Below, in pieces: positions 24,325 to 37,977 of a DNA stretch of 64,000 nt; position 1 is the stretch's first letter, and each line of letters opens with the position of its first letter. The position numbers were made by a program, and so were the translations under genes. This DNA comes from Ptychomitrium polyphyllum (taxonomy: Eukaryota). The stretch lies in assembly GCA_973851085.1 (NCBI GenBank), contig OZ316776.1, positions 15,748,001 through 15,812,000 on the forward strand, given 5' to 3'. The notes below the pieces were generated by a model. The model was not told the DNA's origin. It saw only the letters and a list, made by a program, of their open reading frames with translations, and ran no database searches.

Positions 24325-26646
24325 ATGGCAGCTCCAACATTTTTTTTCGTTCTGCAGTTTGTCTGCGTCTTGGTGTCATGCATAGCCGTGACGAATTCTG
24401 CATCTCTGGAACCAGAAGTAGGAGGTTATAGTCTCAAGGATAATGAGCCTGAGGATATTTTCAGTGCGTCACATGGATACCAGAGCTTCGAGGTTAGTAC
24501 GATGCATCTTTATTCGAGGAGACGGCCCTGGTCCATGAGAATGAGGCAACTCCGTAGTGCTCAATCTGGTTCTCAAGGTGACTATTCGAAAGCCTTGAGG
24601 TCCGTGTTCAAGAATGTGTTCGATTTCTATGATAGAGGTACCGTTCTCGTTGTCAGCACGGACGGGACTGCACAGTACACCAGCATTCAATGTGCTATTG
24701 ATCAGGTTCCAGCATTTAACACGAAGCGGGTGACAATCTACGTCGCAAGTGGAGTTTATAAGTAAGTCTTTGAGCTCTTAATTCATTCAATTTCGATCGC
24801 TTTCAAGTAGGTTATGATGTCGAAACCTCTAAATCCAAAGATATAGTGATCGAGCTGCGCCAGCTATTTCTTTAGTTGATGTAGCAGAACTAAACTAGGG
24901 TCTTAAGGTTATTTAGTAGTCAGTGATTTCTAAATGACACTAAGCTTAATCGTACGCATTAATCCGGAAGGTGAGCGTGCGACTTAGTTCTGGAAATGCT
25001 CGTGATGTGCGAATGTGTGTAGGGAGAAGGTTATAATTCCTGCAACCAAGTCATTCGTAACCTTGCGAGGAGAAGGCAGAAACCGAACTATTATCAGCTG
25101 GCATGATACTGCAGCCTCTGCGGGGACTCTCATGAGTGCCTCAGTTATCGTCGAATCCGACCATTTTATAGCCAGAGATATCTCGTTCAGGGTAAGAGTG
25201 AATCTCGTGAATCACACAAAAGATCATGCGTGTTGATACTATGATCTGCTACTAGCTCCAGTATTGTTATCTCTTACAGCTACGTCCATAGCCGGGCCAG
25301 CATCAGACACGTCAATGATTATTTTCATTACATTCAGAATCCCTTAACATGGAGTAAGGAAAAATTTCGCGTATATTCTTAAACTGCCGCTTCAGGGATC
25401 AAGTATAATGAAGGTAAAGATACGGTACTAAAAATGAAAAGTCCAGTTGATTCTGCTCAAATTTCTCGTGACTTTACAGAGGAAAAATCTGAATTTCTTG
25501 AGTGCAGAATACCGCGGCAAGGCCAGCCCCGAATAAAACACACATGCAAGCAGCGGCAATCCGAATCTCTGGGGACAAGGCCTTTCTGCTTAGGTGCAAT
25601 TTCTTCGGTCATCAAGACACCTTGTATGACCACCAAGGTCGCCATTACTACTTCAGATGCTTTATTCAAGGTTCTGAGGACTTCGTTTTCGGCGGTGCTC
25701 GATCTCTTTTCGAGGTATGTCTTTCTGCTAGACCCCGAGTCAGAATGTAATAGATGTATTTCCCACAGTTCGTGAAACTTGTGAAGTGGGAGTTACGACA
25801 GGTTGTGTTCAGTAATTTGTTTCTGCAATCATACAATGAATCGAAGCAGCCACGGTCTAAAATGTGATCGAAGAAGCAGAACTATGACTAGAACATCTTG
25901 TGTCCTTAATTGGCTGTAGTTGTCTAAATTGCGCTATGATGTGTACATTCCGTTCTTTACAGTTTAGTTTAACTAACTGTGTACGGGTTACCTTGGTTGC
26001 TACTTCTTTGATGGACTGATACCTTTCGAGCACTTGACGAAGCTATAGTATACATGTGATTTTTGTCAGGGATGCTGGCTGAACTCAATTGCTCACGGCG
26101 ACGGGGGCGCACTGGTAGCACAGGGCAAGAACTCCCCTGGCATCATCAGGAGGCCATCTGGTTTCTCATTCCTACACTGCCATATCAAGGGCACTGGTAT
26201 GCCGTATCTTGGCCGAGCCTGGGGCCAACATTCCACTATTGTCTACTCCTATTGCCAGATCGATGCCAATATCAGGCCCGCTGGCTGGTATGACTGGGGT
26301 CTGCGAGAACGTGAAGAGTGAGGCTTTAATCCTTCCCATGTTTCCAATGTCTGACCATTTTAAGTAATTTAAACTACTTAAGTAGGTGTAAATATTCGCA
26401 CATTTCTTTTCCTTATATCACTCTCGCGTTATGTAAGTCAGATATTAAAGCCTATATCTTTGATGTCATCGTCACTTTTTAAAATAACTTTTCTACTCAT
26501 CATTGTGCAGGACTGTATTTCTTGGGCAATATAAATGTACTGGAAGAGGAGCCAATTCAACTAGTCGAGTTAACTGGTCCAGAGAACTGACAGGTGAGGA
26601 AGCGAGGCCGTTTTTAGGTGTCCAGTTTGTTGATGGCCCGTGGTAG
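24325..26646 (+). CDS. Pectin methylesterase (carbohydrate esterase family 8, no PMEI pro-domain)
   Basis: Exons 24325-24761, 25023-25191, 25508-25714, 26070-26317, 26510-26646. Signal peptide followed by [42 protein letters not shown] and GWYDW. Confidence 0.93.
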
Positions 26647-27351
26647 TTTCTATCTACACGAGCTATATGACTGAATCTGATACACAGCTTCACATTCGGC
26701 CTCAACTTCAAGTATGGACAATGCAAGGATGAGCCTCGCGAAGGATATCAAATATCCGAGTGAGTGAGGCGTGAAAGAAATTTTCTATCTGGTGGTAGTT
26801 TAGGATTAAATACGGCAAAAGGCCGATAGACTTTCCTCGAGATTTACATTGAATCATGTATTTCTCGGTCAACTTTCATAGGGCTCAGAGGTCTCCCATT
26901 AGCCCCAGGCTGAAAGATTAAATCTCGTGAGTTGTAGTACTATATGACCATTCTTTCTGTGAAATCAAAACTTTGATTCGATTTCAAACTTGACCGATAA
27001 ACGTTGCTTGTTGAAGAGCGTTGTTTGTTATTTCAGAGTATTTCAGATACAAATAATCATCATCAGACATTGGACGCACAACGTAATTCACGTAAACTTA
27101 CATGTTGGTTATACTCACACTGTACATTATCAGAAATGTGATTGTTCTTCATCGTGAAAAAGGACGTTGTAGAAAAACCTCTCACCTTTGACAAATAGCC
27201 CACTGTTCCAAATCAAAACAATCAAAAATCTGTTCAGCCGCTCACTCAATCCAGACTACTTCAGTACTAACAAGCTACATTCGTGTTCTCATGATGTCGT
27301 AAACACGGTAAGTAAAGCACAGCACTGCCAAGGAAATCGGTGTACATTGCT

Positions 27352-29266
27352 TTATGCTGAAGACGGCTCTACAACGCGATCAGGAAGGCTAAACTTCTTC
27401 TGCCAACCTTGAATAATCATCTCGTCTGGTGAGTTCGTCTTCTGGAAACTTGTACGGCTTTCCAGCAGCTGCACGTTTCCAGGTTAGACATAGACGTTAG
27501 CCCCAGTACAGACACCAACGTTTCTTCGCAAACATGACTCAATTTATACTGCCCTTTCTTATTCAAACCAATCCTTCCAACAGCTCAATAACTCGGGTTT
27601 CTCGGCTTAGGTCAGAATCAATACATATGAGAAGCTTGAGCAATTAATTACAAATTTCCCAAATTTACAAACATGAATTTTTTATATATCAGTTAAAATA
27701 CCTCAATGTACTTCTGCAGAGCTGTGAGTTTGGCCGGAATCTTGAAACTCATGTAGTGTGCTAGCGATATGCGCATATGATGAAGCTTAGGAATCAAGGC
27801 GTAGTCCGAGTCGGTTGGGTTCTTCCCAGCAATGTACGGGCCCTTCAGAAATCACAAGAAATCGAGAATTAATTGTAGCTAAAAACAGCGTTACAGCAGG
27901 TAGCAGATATTCCTAGGGTTAAATAACATATTTCCCAGGTTGAATTTTCAATTCCAATCTGCTTCAAGAGATTCTTAAACAAAAATTGTAGAAAAATGCA
28001 TGACTGTGCACCTTAGTTTTGAGATGTTCATCCAGAGCAGCCAACTCCTTCAACAGCTCTTCCTTGGACTGATCGTTTGCGTCCTTACTCTTCAAATAGC
28101 TTGTGAATGCTTGGAAAATGTTTAACCCTCTGCCAATCAAATATTCAAAGAATACATGAGCACAAAATTAGGATTCACATACTCATTCTTTTCCGATCTT
28201 ATACGTTCTTCGTCTTTATCATTCAAACACTATGAAGAAGAGTTCAGATGAATAAAGTGAAGTATCGTTGTGTCACCACAGACGTACACTTGTTTAAACT
28301 CCTGAGGAGTGGCCAGTGAAACTTCTGGATACTTCTTTTCAAGGTGCTCAGCAATCTTGTCTGAATCCTGAATCCATTCTTCCCCGTCACGAAGCACAGG
28401 CATCAAACCTTTAGGATTTTTCTCCATAAACCTGCAATTGTCACCAAATATTCAGTTCGTTGGAAACAATTCATCCGCATGTTACAATAAGGAAAAACGT
28501 GTGGCGAAGACAATACGCACCGCAATCTGAACCATATAATGGAAATCCTCGTCTACAGTAGCTAGACAAAGAACATACCAGTCCGGCTTGTTTTCACCCT
28601 CTTCAATATAAGTGGCTGTATAAGGAAGATTCTTCTCTGCACGCAAAAGGAATTTCACATAAGTTAAAGATAACCTATAACGCCGAAAGAACTCCGTTGC
28701 TATTGACCACCCAGATGCACCAACAGAACCAGAATGATAGTACGCACCTTCCAACTCGATGTAAATCCTCTGCGAGAAGGGGCCTGCGACCAAAAGATGG
28801 TGATTATATTAATCATCACACGATCTCCGAAAACTATAATGTCTCCAACTTCGCATGCATAACTCGTTCGAAGAAAGATTTCTTTCGAAAACCTTACATA
28901 ATGTGGATGGCTCTCGGCTCTTTTAGGGTCTTGCATTTGAAAGACAACAAGCAGGTTCATTCATGCGTATAGTTTGTCTCCGCAATTTCATTCTACTGGG
29001 TCGGCATTTATTAACAATTCATCAGACAAATGCTCTTTTTCACAGAGGATTTACATCTACTCAAAACTTTCCAAAAAAAAGGTCAAAGAAGGCATTATAA
29101 AGCCACTTAAGAACATCTATCTCGCGAATCAAGCATAGAAAAAGTGGAGAAATAATCACTGTGCAGGAAAGGTTCACTCACAATCGCCTTGCTCCTTGCT
29201 AGGGCTGCCGGACCCGGACTTCGCCTTGCCGAAAGCTTCCAAATCAATGCCACTGCGAGCAGCCAT
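27352..29266 (-). CDS. DHAR: Dehydroascorbate reductase (GST superfamily), CPFS active site, no transit peptide
   Basis: Seven exons, approx. 29266-29182, 28783-28748, 28636-28579, 28431-28289, 28129-28013, 27843-27703, 27469-27352. Motifs GDCPFSQR, NKPDWF, NPKGLMPVL, DSDKI, GPYIAG, PKLHH and IIQGW. Confidence 0.93.
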
Positions 29267-30239
29267 GGCGTACGTACTCGCCTTACTTCCTACGTACGTC
29301 TCTAATCGACCAACTTTGGCACCTTGAAAGTGGACCCTGAACGCCAACCGTGTCGAAGGCTCCCGAGTGAACGTCCCAAACTTCGTAATACTATTGAAAG
29401 AAGGATCTGCACATCAACACAGCTAAATGTAAGATCGCGTCAGCGTTCACCAACTACCTCCAGATCCTGGACATATGCATTGTAACACAGCTTCACCATC
29501 AGTCCATTAACATACACCATCGAGAACATGGCCGGATCGATTGCACCATATAAGACAAAAAGTAACAGTAACACCCTCGCATGGGTACAGCCAGTGCTAA
29601 CTTGGGATATGGAAATTGGAACCGACGTACAAAATATGCCGGAAGCGCGAGTAAGGAGAACTCTCTGCAGGAACATGGCTGCGGAGGGGAAAATGTAGAA
29701 GACGCTGCAAGAGAGAGGCAGCAGGGATGCGTTTGCGATGCCACTATGGGGAGATCAGACGGGAGCATGCATGCCAATTGCCAAGTAAGCAGAGTGCAAC
29801 GCGGAGGCCAACTGCCGTTGCGTCGCAGACTCGACCACGCCCACAGTGCGCCACGCCGCGCTTGAAACGCCACGCCGCACCTGAGTCGCGCTGCCTTTCT
29901 CGCACATGTGTACGAAGCGATGCTCGCGTTGGCTTTTGTGGGCAAATTCCTTTATAGATATTTAAGTTTGTTTGAGGAATAAGTAAACTTTAACTTTAAC
30001 TTTATCTTTCTTTAACCACCCTGTCCATTATAAAATCTGTCCATCTGGACACTGTTCATAAAGTTCTGATCAAGGTGAAGGATATTTGCCGTTTGAGCGA
30101 GTGAATTTTCACTACTGTTTGCTCAGCTGCAAATGAAAACTTGATTTTGTACTGGAGTGGGAAGAAGTTGAATGGTGCATTATGCCTACATGTGCCTACA
30201 TGTGATAGTTTTGGAAAGTCAATCATTGGAACTGGAACC

Positions 30240-30470
30240 TGGAACCTATGCAACCATTGCAAATTGATGCTTAATTTAGGTGCTTACTTTTAAAAGAGAA
30301 GGAAAATGAAGTTGATGAAATTCTTAATTCATGCATTTAGAATGGACGTTTGAAATACTTCATCCATTGGCAAGAGTATGGCATCAATGGATGTACATAG
30401 AACCTTCAATGAATGTTGTCGATGCATTTGAAAAGGTATAAAAATTTCACCAAAGATATTTACAAAATCC
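30240..30470 (+). mobile_element. Degenerate Ty3/gypsy integrase chromodomain relic (Tcn1-like)
   Basis: Reads EKENEVDEILNSCI*NGRLKYFIHWQEYGINGCT/EPSMNVVDAFEKV*KFHQRY with two stops and a frameshift. This matches the chromovirus pattern YEVEEILDSR...YLVHWKGY...TWEP...FHQRYP. Confidence 0.7.
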
Positions 30471-30779
30471 AATTATTGATGACTTATCTTATAGAGTCAG
30501 ATAATTGCTTAGCTTCATAAAGAGGATTCATCATTAATAACATTAGACAAGTATAAGAAGGAGGAGCAATATTCAAATCTTAATTATATTTTTCTAAAAT
30601 ATAATATACCTAGAATTTACAAAATCTTAGTGTAATAATGGACTTATGTAAGAGCCAATAATCTAAGCTTTTTACAACACAATTGCCTAGCAAATTATTT
30701 AAATTTCACAACCTTTGATACTTAAAATTCTAAAGCTAGAGACAACAGAAGCTTTTCAACACCAAGTTTATCAACATTT

Positions 30780-31130
30780 GGAAGTGCTTAAAAAGTGCCT
30801 TCACACATTAAACTTCACTCAATGTTGAAGCTTTAATTATCTTATTAGAAATTCAAAAGAATCGCTCTTGGTTGACTTAAAATCTTATTTGGAAGATGTT
30901 TTAAAGGTCTTAATGAAAACCATCTTTTATGACAAAATCCTTTAATAATTAAAGTCTTTGTTGATGGTCATTTGCATTATTTGAAAAGACTAATTGAAAC
31001 TATGTACCAAAAACATCAAACAAAGTAAATTGCTTTTCTTCTTTAACAAATTTTTTATTTTTTGAAAATATAAAGATGTAAAAGAATAAGACACTTAATG
31101 CATTTTTGATGGAACTTGCTGCTAAATATA
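30780..31130 (+). mobile_element. Possible highly decayed retroelement RNase H-like fragment
   Basis: Broken motif remnants (NVEALIILLE, then xSLIIK-like, then V.R.K..-like) in RNase H order within AT-rich debris. Confidence 0.3.
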
Positions 31131-31365
31131 GAATTGATGTCAAAAAATTATATAATGCAATATAATTTTAAAAAACCTTCTATTAGCTTCTAATCTCTCT
31201 CAAGAACCTTCAAGTAGGTCCTAAAACTTCCAAAACATTTTAAACCTTCATGGAAAGCTTGAATAGAAGTACTTGAAGAAGCATAGGCTTTGTGGTATAA
31301 ATAAGTGACAAGACAAGGTATACCTCACTTTTGCCAACATAAGATTTGGAACTTATCCGTAGTGT

Positions 31366-32510
31366 TGTCGCAACCCTTGCGATGCACGTTAGCAAGCGTC
31401 ACGCACGTCAACCTTGTACACCCCTACATGCACATGGTTAACCCCCATTCTCACTTTTCAAGTCTTTCTACCATTTTTCTTAGGACACCCAATTTATTAA
31501 TAGCCAATGGTTAGGTGCAGACTTCTATTCATGTCCAAGGCCTCACTTGGTGTTATTCCCATTCCACACGGCCTAACCGCACTTAGTGGTATCTCTTCAC
31601 CACCACTCATGATGCCCAAGTGATCCTAAGATCATTCCGGGCCATCATGGTGTCGGTGTGAAGACACCACCCCAATTTAATGGTCACAAGCGTACCCTTT
31701 TGAACGTGCTAGTTCCCTTCGTGAAATCGGCCGTCCATTGGCTCACAATGGTGTGGGAGTCCCCGTGGTGAAGCCCAAACGCTAGCTCCACCAACCGGGA
31801 CTCACCCTTGGTCTCTACCGAGACACTAAGGGAGTGGGGAGGGGGACCAGCCCTCCCTTATAGTACTCTTTGTGGGATTCGGCAGGCCCCCTAGCCCTCT
31901 GGAGCTAGCTGAACCCCGACACACCTAGAGTTTTGGAAGACCACCGGATCCCCCTTGGGACTTAGCCGCTGGAAGCCTCCAGGACTCCCAGCGGACCTTT
32001 AGGGCGCCATATCTTCCTCATTTGGTGCCCGAATGTATCGAGCAACCACTCTAACATCATCTACTCTTCGCGTAGATGCCGATAGACTCCTCAAACGTCC
32101 GATTTGAGTTAGTATTATGGGAGATACGCCTCTCCCAAGGTTCGGGACTCCCGGGAAGTCCCTCCCTGGACTATCCCACTCCAGCACAGTCACTATGTAG
32201 GGCTGCCACACTCTAGAACAGCCCCTTGGCAACCCCAACTTTGGGGTGCCATAACTTTTAGCTCTCATATCCGATTTGGGCAATCTTTAGCATTCTAGAA
32301 TCAGCTCTTTATGATTCCTTTAATGCCCACGATTTATCCTTCGTGGCCCTCGATCTACGTGGGCAAGGATGTTTCTCCCCGTAAGGGTCCTTCCCATGTT
32401 GGGCCCACTCGGTTCTCCTCACTATCGGCGCCACAAGTCCCGGGCGTCACTTCGAGGTCCCTTTTGTGCCCTTAGTATTACGGGCACTCCTCAAGGAGAG
32501 GTGCGCGACA
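31366..32510 (-). repeat. 3' LTR
   Basis: TGTCGCAACC...GCGCGACA; about 96% identical to 37978-39122 by manual count. Confidence 0.96.
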
Positions 32511-33300
32511 CTCACCTCCACCCAAATAGAGTCGATGCCCTCATCGACTATACTTGTAGTTGGCACACCAATTCCAAGGTTGCCATCCTCTAATGGTGCA
32601 GCATTGTGTTTCATCCAGGGTGCGACCCCCACAATGCAGCCATAAGTCTTTGGCAATGTCTCAAAGGTGTCGTTTAGGAGGTGGTCTGTTTAGGCACCCT
32701 AGACAAAAATCTTTGGAGCCCTAAACTATTCTAGACCTACCTACTTTGAGACCCTCTTGGGATACACTCCCTAGTTAGGCTACACTGTCCTAACTCTTCC
32801 TTTTTGACTAGGCTGGACCTCAATGCTTCACCAAATTGTCTTGGTTACAAACCCAAGGTGGCTTTTATTCCACGACTCAATTGCTCGGGGGTAATGCCAA
32901 GTTCCGCCCAACCTGGATCCCACTATCTCTATTGAGACATGGATTCATGACTTCCATGCACTAACTTTTGTTAGTTTGTAGGAGTGGCGCTTTTATGAGC
33001 ACGCGCCATTACCTTGTCCTCGCCCAAACAAGCCCGAGGCGAGGAGGTTTCATGGTTTTAACCATTCCTTCTCCTAGCCTTGGTCCCCATTACTCGGCCT
33101 TCCCAACTTGGTTTCACATGTCTATCCCCCCTCTTCTACCAACTTAGCACAAGCACAAGACTAGGACGTCATCTTATACTCTTCTCTTTGCACAAACAAA
33201 ACTTGAACTTTATTGCCATAAGTCAAAGAACCAATACATGATGTGAAGAAGTTACTGCTACAAGCCTCTCTCCCCCTATTAAACGAGATTGATGTCTTCA

Positions 33301-36300
33301 TCAATGCTGACGTTGTCTTTTGTTGGAGTTCCTATCCCTTTCAAAGCGCTCCACCACTTCATTGGCATTTTCCAAGTCCTTGGCTGCTACCCAAGTTGCT
33401 TCTTTCTCATGGTATCCTCTCCACTTCACCAAATACTCTTTTCCTACTTTCTTGTGGTGCCTACACTTGATAATTCCCTCCACTTCGTATTCCAAGTGGT
33501 CTTCCACCAATTCCGGCGGTGGCCAAATCACTTGTTTGCAATTGGGCCACAACGTATCTTTTTTGAATGGCTTGAGGAGTGAGACATGAAATGTTGGGTG
33601 CACTTTGATTTCGGGTGGTAGCTCCAACTTGTACACGTCTTTAAACATTCGCTCCACAATGGAAAACAGCCCCGCAAACTTGGACATGAACTTTGGAGTG
33701 AGGCCTTCGGGCAGGCTAAAGTTCTTCACATTCAACAATACCTTTTGGCTTACTTCATACTCCACTTCACGTCTCCCGGCATTGACTTGTTTCTCGTACC
33801 GCTTTTGTGCCTTTTCCAACAAAAGCTTGGTCTTCTCCAACATCTATTCTTGCTTTATGGCCAAGTCCTTCCCATCTTGGTTAAACTCTAGTGTTGAATG
33901 TGCCCCTTCAAGAGCTAAGTCGGGAGGCTGAAGTGGCTCCACTCCATAGGCCACCTTAAATGGCGACTGCTTTGTCACCTAGTTGGCCGCAGTGTAACTG
34001 AACTTCGCAAGACTCACATAATCCACCCAATCGCACTGGTCCGCACTCACAAAGTTCTTCAAGTATTGGTTCAAGACTCCGTTCACTCGTTCCGTTTGCC
34101 CATCCGTTTGAGGATGGAAGGCAGTGCTAAATGTCAATTTGGTTCCAACTTTCCTAAAGAAATGTTTCCAAAAAGCACTAGTGAATTTTGGATCTGGATT
34201 CGACACAATCACTCTTGGCAACCCGTGGTGTTTCCACCATGCATCGAGGAATAGCTTTGCGGTCTCATGTGCAGTTACGGTTCCTCTAGTTGGCACCATG
34301 TGCGCCAACTTGCTAAAGCGATCCACCATCACAAAGATGGCATCATGCCCGTGCGAATCTGGAAGACTTGTGATGAAGTCCATGGACACGCTATGCCATG
34401 GACCTGGCGGAATTGGCAAAGGTTGTAGTAGGCCGGCTTGCTTTTGATAAGAAGCTCTATTGAGCTGGCACTTTACACAAGTTTTCACAAAGTTGGTGAT
34501 GTCACTTTCATGCTCGGCCAATAGTACCTTCTGGACACCGCCGCTATGGTGGTTTTTTCCCCTCTATGGCCGGCTATGGGACTATTGTGTTCTTCTTTCA
34601 AAACCAACAACCGTAGTTTTCCTTGAGGCACATACACCCGACTTTGTTTGTACTTGAGCAATCCCTTCTCCAACTTAATTTCCTTAAATTCCTTACCCTT
34701 CTTAAGCTCGCCGAGAAGCCTTTGTGCTTTGGAGTCCTTCATGTATCCCTCTCTTATCTTCCTTTCCAAATTGCCTTCTCCCTTGTACATTACTCGCAGG
34801 ACTTGAATTGTGCCCATCGCTTGCAATTCTTCCCGCCTACTTAGAGCATCCGGCACTACATTGTCACGCCTCGGCTTGTGGATCAAATCCACATTCATGA
34901 GTGCTAAGGTGTCATGCCACCTCAAGTGTTTTGCACTCATTTGCGCTTGCGACTCAATGTACTTCAAAGACACGTTGTCCGTGTAGACTTTGGTTTTATG
35001 TAGGCCCAAGTAGTGCCGCCATGTTTTCAAACAATGCACTACAGCAAAGAATTCTTTCTCTAGCGTGGGCCACCTCTATTGGCACCCATCCAACTTCTTG
35101 CTCTCATAGGCAATTGGCATGCCTTCTTGCTTGAGCACTCCGCCAATGGCAAAGTCACTTGCATCCGTGTGGACCTCAAAGGGCTTTTCAAACTCGGGAA
35201 ACTTCAATACCGGCGGTTGTGACAACTTATCCTTCAGTTCTTTAAAAGCTTGGTGACAAAATCCATCCCATACTTGGCTAGCTCCTTTTTTCAACAAGTC
35301 GGATAAAGGTCTAGCAATTTTGGAGAAGTTGCGTATGAACCTCCTATAATAATTTGCTAGGCCGAGAAATGATCTTAGCCCCTTTTGTGTAGAAGGTTGT
35401 TTCCACTCTCTAATTGCCTTTATCTTCCTTATGTCCGGCTTGATTCCATCATCCGTCACTATATGGCCCAAGAACTCAATATCAAGTTGAGCAAACTCAC
35501 TCTTTTCTCCGTTGGCATAAAGTTTGTGGTCCCTAAGTTTTTGAAGCACCACTTCGAGGTGCCTTGCATGTTCCTCCGCTAACTTGGAGTACACCAAGAT
35601 GTCATCAATATAAACAATGACAAAGTCATCCATCTCTTCTCGAAAGATGGTATTCATGAGGGTTGTGAACGTCGAAGGAGCATTACACAACCCAAATGGC
35701 ATCACCAAAAATTCATAGGACCCATACCTAGTGCGGCATGCGGTCTTTGGCACATCTTCATCCGAAATGCGGATTTGATAGTAGCCCGACTTCAAGTCTA
35801 TCCGATTAAAGTATTTAGCTCTCGCCAATCTATCAAAGAGGTCATCAATGCAAGGCAAAGGATAGTTGTTCTTGATGGTGGCTTTATTCAAGGCTCTATA
35901 GTCGACACACATGCGGAGCTTGCCATCCTTTTTGTTTACGAAGAGGACCGGTGCTCTATATGGCGACTTACTTGGCCTAACATAGCCTCTTTCCAACAAG
36001 TCATTCAATTGCTTCTTCAATTCCTCTAGCTCTTTTTGGTTCAACCGGTATGGAGCCTTTGAAAGGGGCTCCGTTCCCAGTATCACTTCAATTTTGTGAT
36101 CCACTTCTCTTCTTGGCGGTAGATCTGCGGGCAGCTCATTGGTGTACACATCCTTGTAACCACTTAGTACATTTTGAATGCACTTGGGAATAGTCCTAAC
36201 CTCCTTGGCACTTGGCCTATTCCCCTCTTCTTGCTCCATTCACATCACAACCATAAATTGATTATTCTCTAGTTGTTCTAAGGAGACTAAGTTCAACTTG

Positions 36301-37925
36301 CCTCCCGCAACCATAGTAATCCTAGTCAACTTCAATGTTGTCTCCTTCCCACCACGGTGCACTACTAACCGTGCTGGCTTTCGCTTTACATCCACCACAT
36401 GAGTTTCGAAAAAGGTATCACCTAAAATGAGGTCTACCTCATCCATCTCACGTAGTGTACAACTTTCTTTCAACTCCAATGTTCCACTGCTTAAGGCCAC
36501 ATCCAACACCACCTTCTTCGTCTCGTACGGTTTGCCTTTTGCAAATCGCATGTTGATGGGCTTGCTAGCTTTTTGAGCCGACAAGCCCAACTCCCTTGCT
36601 AGCTTGGGACTCATGAAGGAGTGCGTTGCCCCTGTGTCAATCAAATATGAAACATTTTTGCCATTTATTTGGGCCTCAAGGTATAAAAGACTCGACCTTG
36701 GCTTAAGGCTATTAGCCTTGGCCACAAATCCACCTTCTAAAATGTGATCCACAACACAAGTGTGACAAGCTTTGGTACTCACCTTTTTATCGGGGCACTC
36801 CGCAATGAAGTGACCAATCTTGCCACACCCGTGGCAACGCTTGTGCTTCACCTCAGCACTCTTATCTCCCAATTTGAATTGTTTTTTCTCATAATGGTCC
36901 ACTTTGTTGTAGGCCCTTCCATCTGCTTGTCCCTTGTTTTTGTTTCCAAAGCCAAATTTCTTGCGTTCTCCGCCGCGAGATACATTTTGGCTCAATCCAC
37001 TTTGTTGAGAGGGACCACTTGATTTTCTTTCGGGACCGTCGGCTTCAATTCTTTCCGCAATCTTAATGATTCCCGCCACGTCCTCCGGAAGCTTTGGGAA
37101 TTTGAACAAGGCGTCCACCACCCACTTTTGAAGCCCACCCAGAAAGATGCATTCCTTTGAAAACTCATCCATTTTGAATGTGGCATTCATTTGGGCGTTG
37201 AAATCTCGCACATAAGTCTTGAGCAACCCGGTGTGCCTCATTTGCACCAAGTTTATGCCCTCCCTCAACTCTTGGTATATTGGAATGAAGCGTTCACTCA
37301 AGATCTCTTTAAAATTGATCCAAGACAAAGTTGCCACCAACTCCGGCTCTTATTCCTTTTTACTTGTCCACCATTGAAGAGCATGGTCTTTCAAAAAGGT
37401 CACCGCAATTGACACTTTGTCCACCTCCTCCGGCTTTTGAACATCATAATAGTTGTCCATTTCCAAAAGAAACTCCTTCACCTTCCTGGCCTTACCTAGC
37501 CAAGAAAAAGTGCTTGGCATGTTCACTTTGGCCAACTTCTTGGTCGAAGATGAGGATCTAGAATATTGTGCCATCAAGTGCTCAATCAACCTCTCTTGAC
37601 GGGTCCTTTCTTCTTTGCCACGCTTGAGGTCTTGGTTCACACCGTCCATGAACTCGAGCATTTTCATGCGTAAACTTAAGTCAGTAATCTGACTCTCTCG
37701 GCCCTCATGTGGCTCAGCAATCCTAACTCTTGAGTACTCTCCACCTTCCAACGCTTTGTCTTGTTGAGTTTCCTCAAGTTCCTCGGTGACTCCAATGTCA
37801 TTCCTTTGCTCATTGGAATTTAAGGATGGAGCCTCATTAATCGGATTGGGGTATTTGTTCACCCTCGTGCATGGTCGTTTAGAGGCCCCGGGCTCACCGC
37901 CATCACCGGCTTTATTCTTACCCAT
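33301..37925 (-). pseudogene. gag-pol polyprotein pseudogene
   Basis: Zn knuckle CHGCGKIGHFIAEC, protease LIDTGAT, RT YIDD, RNase H DASD, integrase (HHCC; SMDF; QTDGQTERVN) and chromodomain YEVE...YLVKWRGY. Stops at 37350, 36240, 35076, 33979 and 33844, with a frameshift near 34505. Confidence 0.95.
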
Positions 37926-37963
37926 CGCCTCCTCGCAACGTAGCACTTGGATATTCAAAGCGT

Positions 37964-37975
37964 GCTCTGATACCA
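37964..37975 (-). other. Primer-binding site for initiator tRNA-Met
   Basis: TGGTATCAGAGC on the minus strand, 2 nt downstream of the 5' LTR. Confidence 0.93.
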
Positions 37976-37977
37976 AA

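Noticed and set aside
31999..32283. Duplicated 94-aa ORF (also at 38611-38895)
   Set aside because: It lies within the two LTRs, has a non-ATG start and no recognisable domain.
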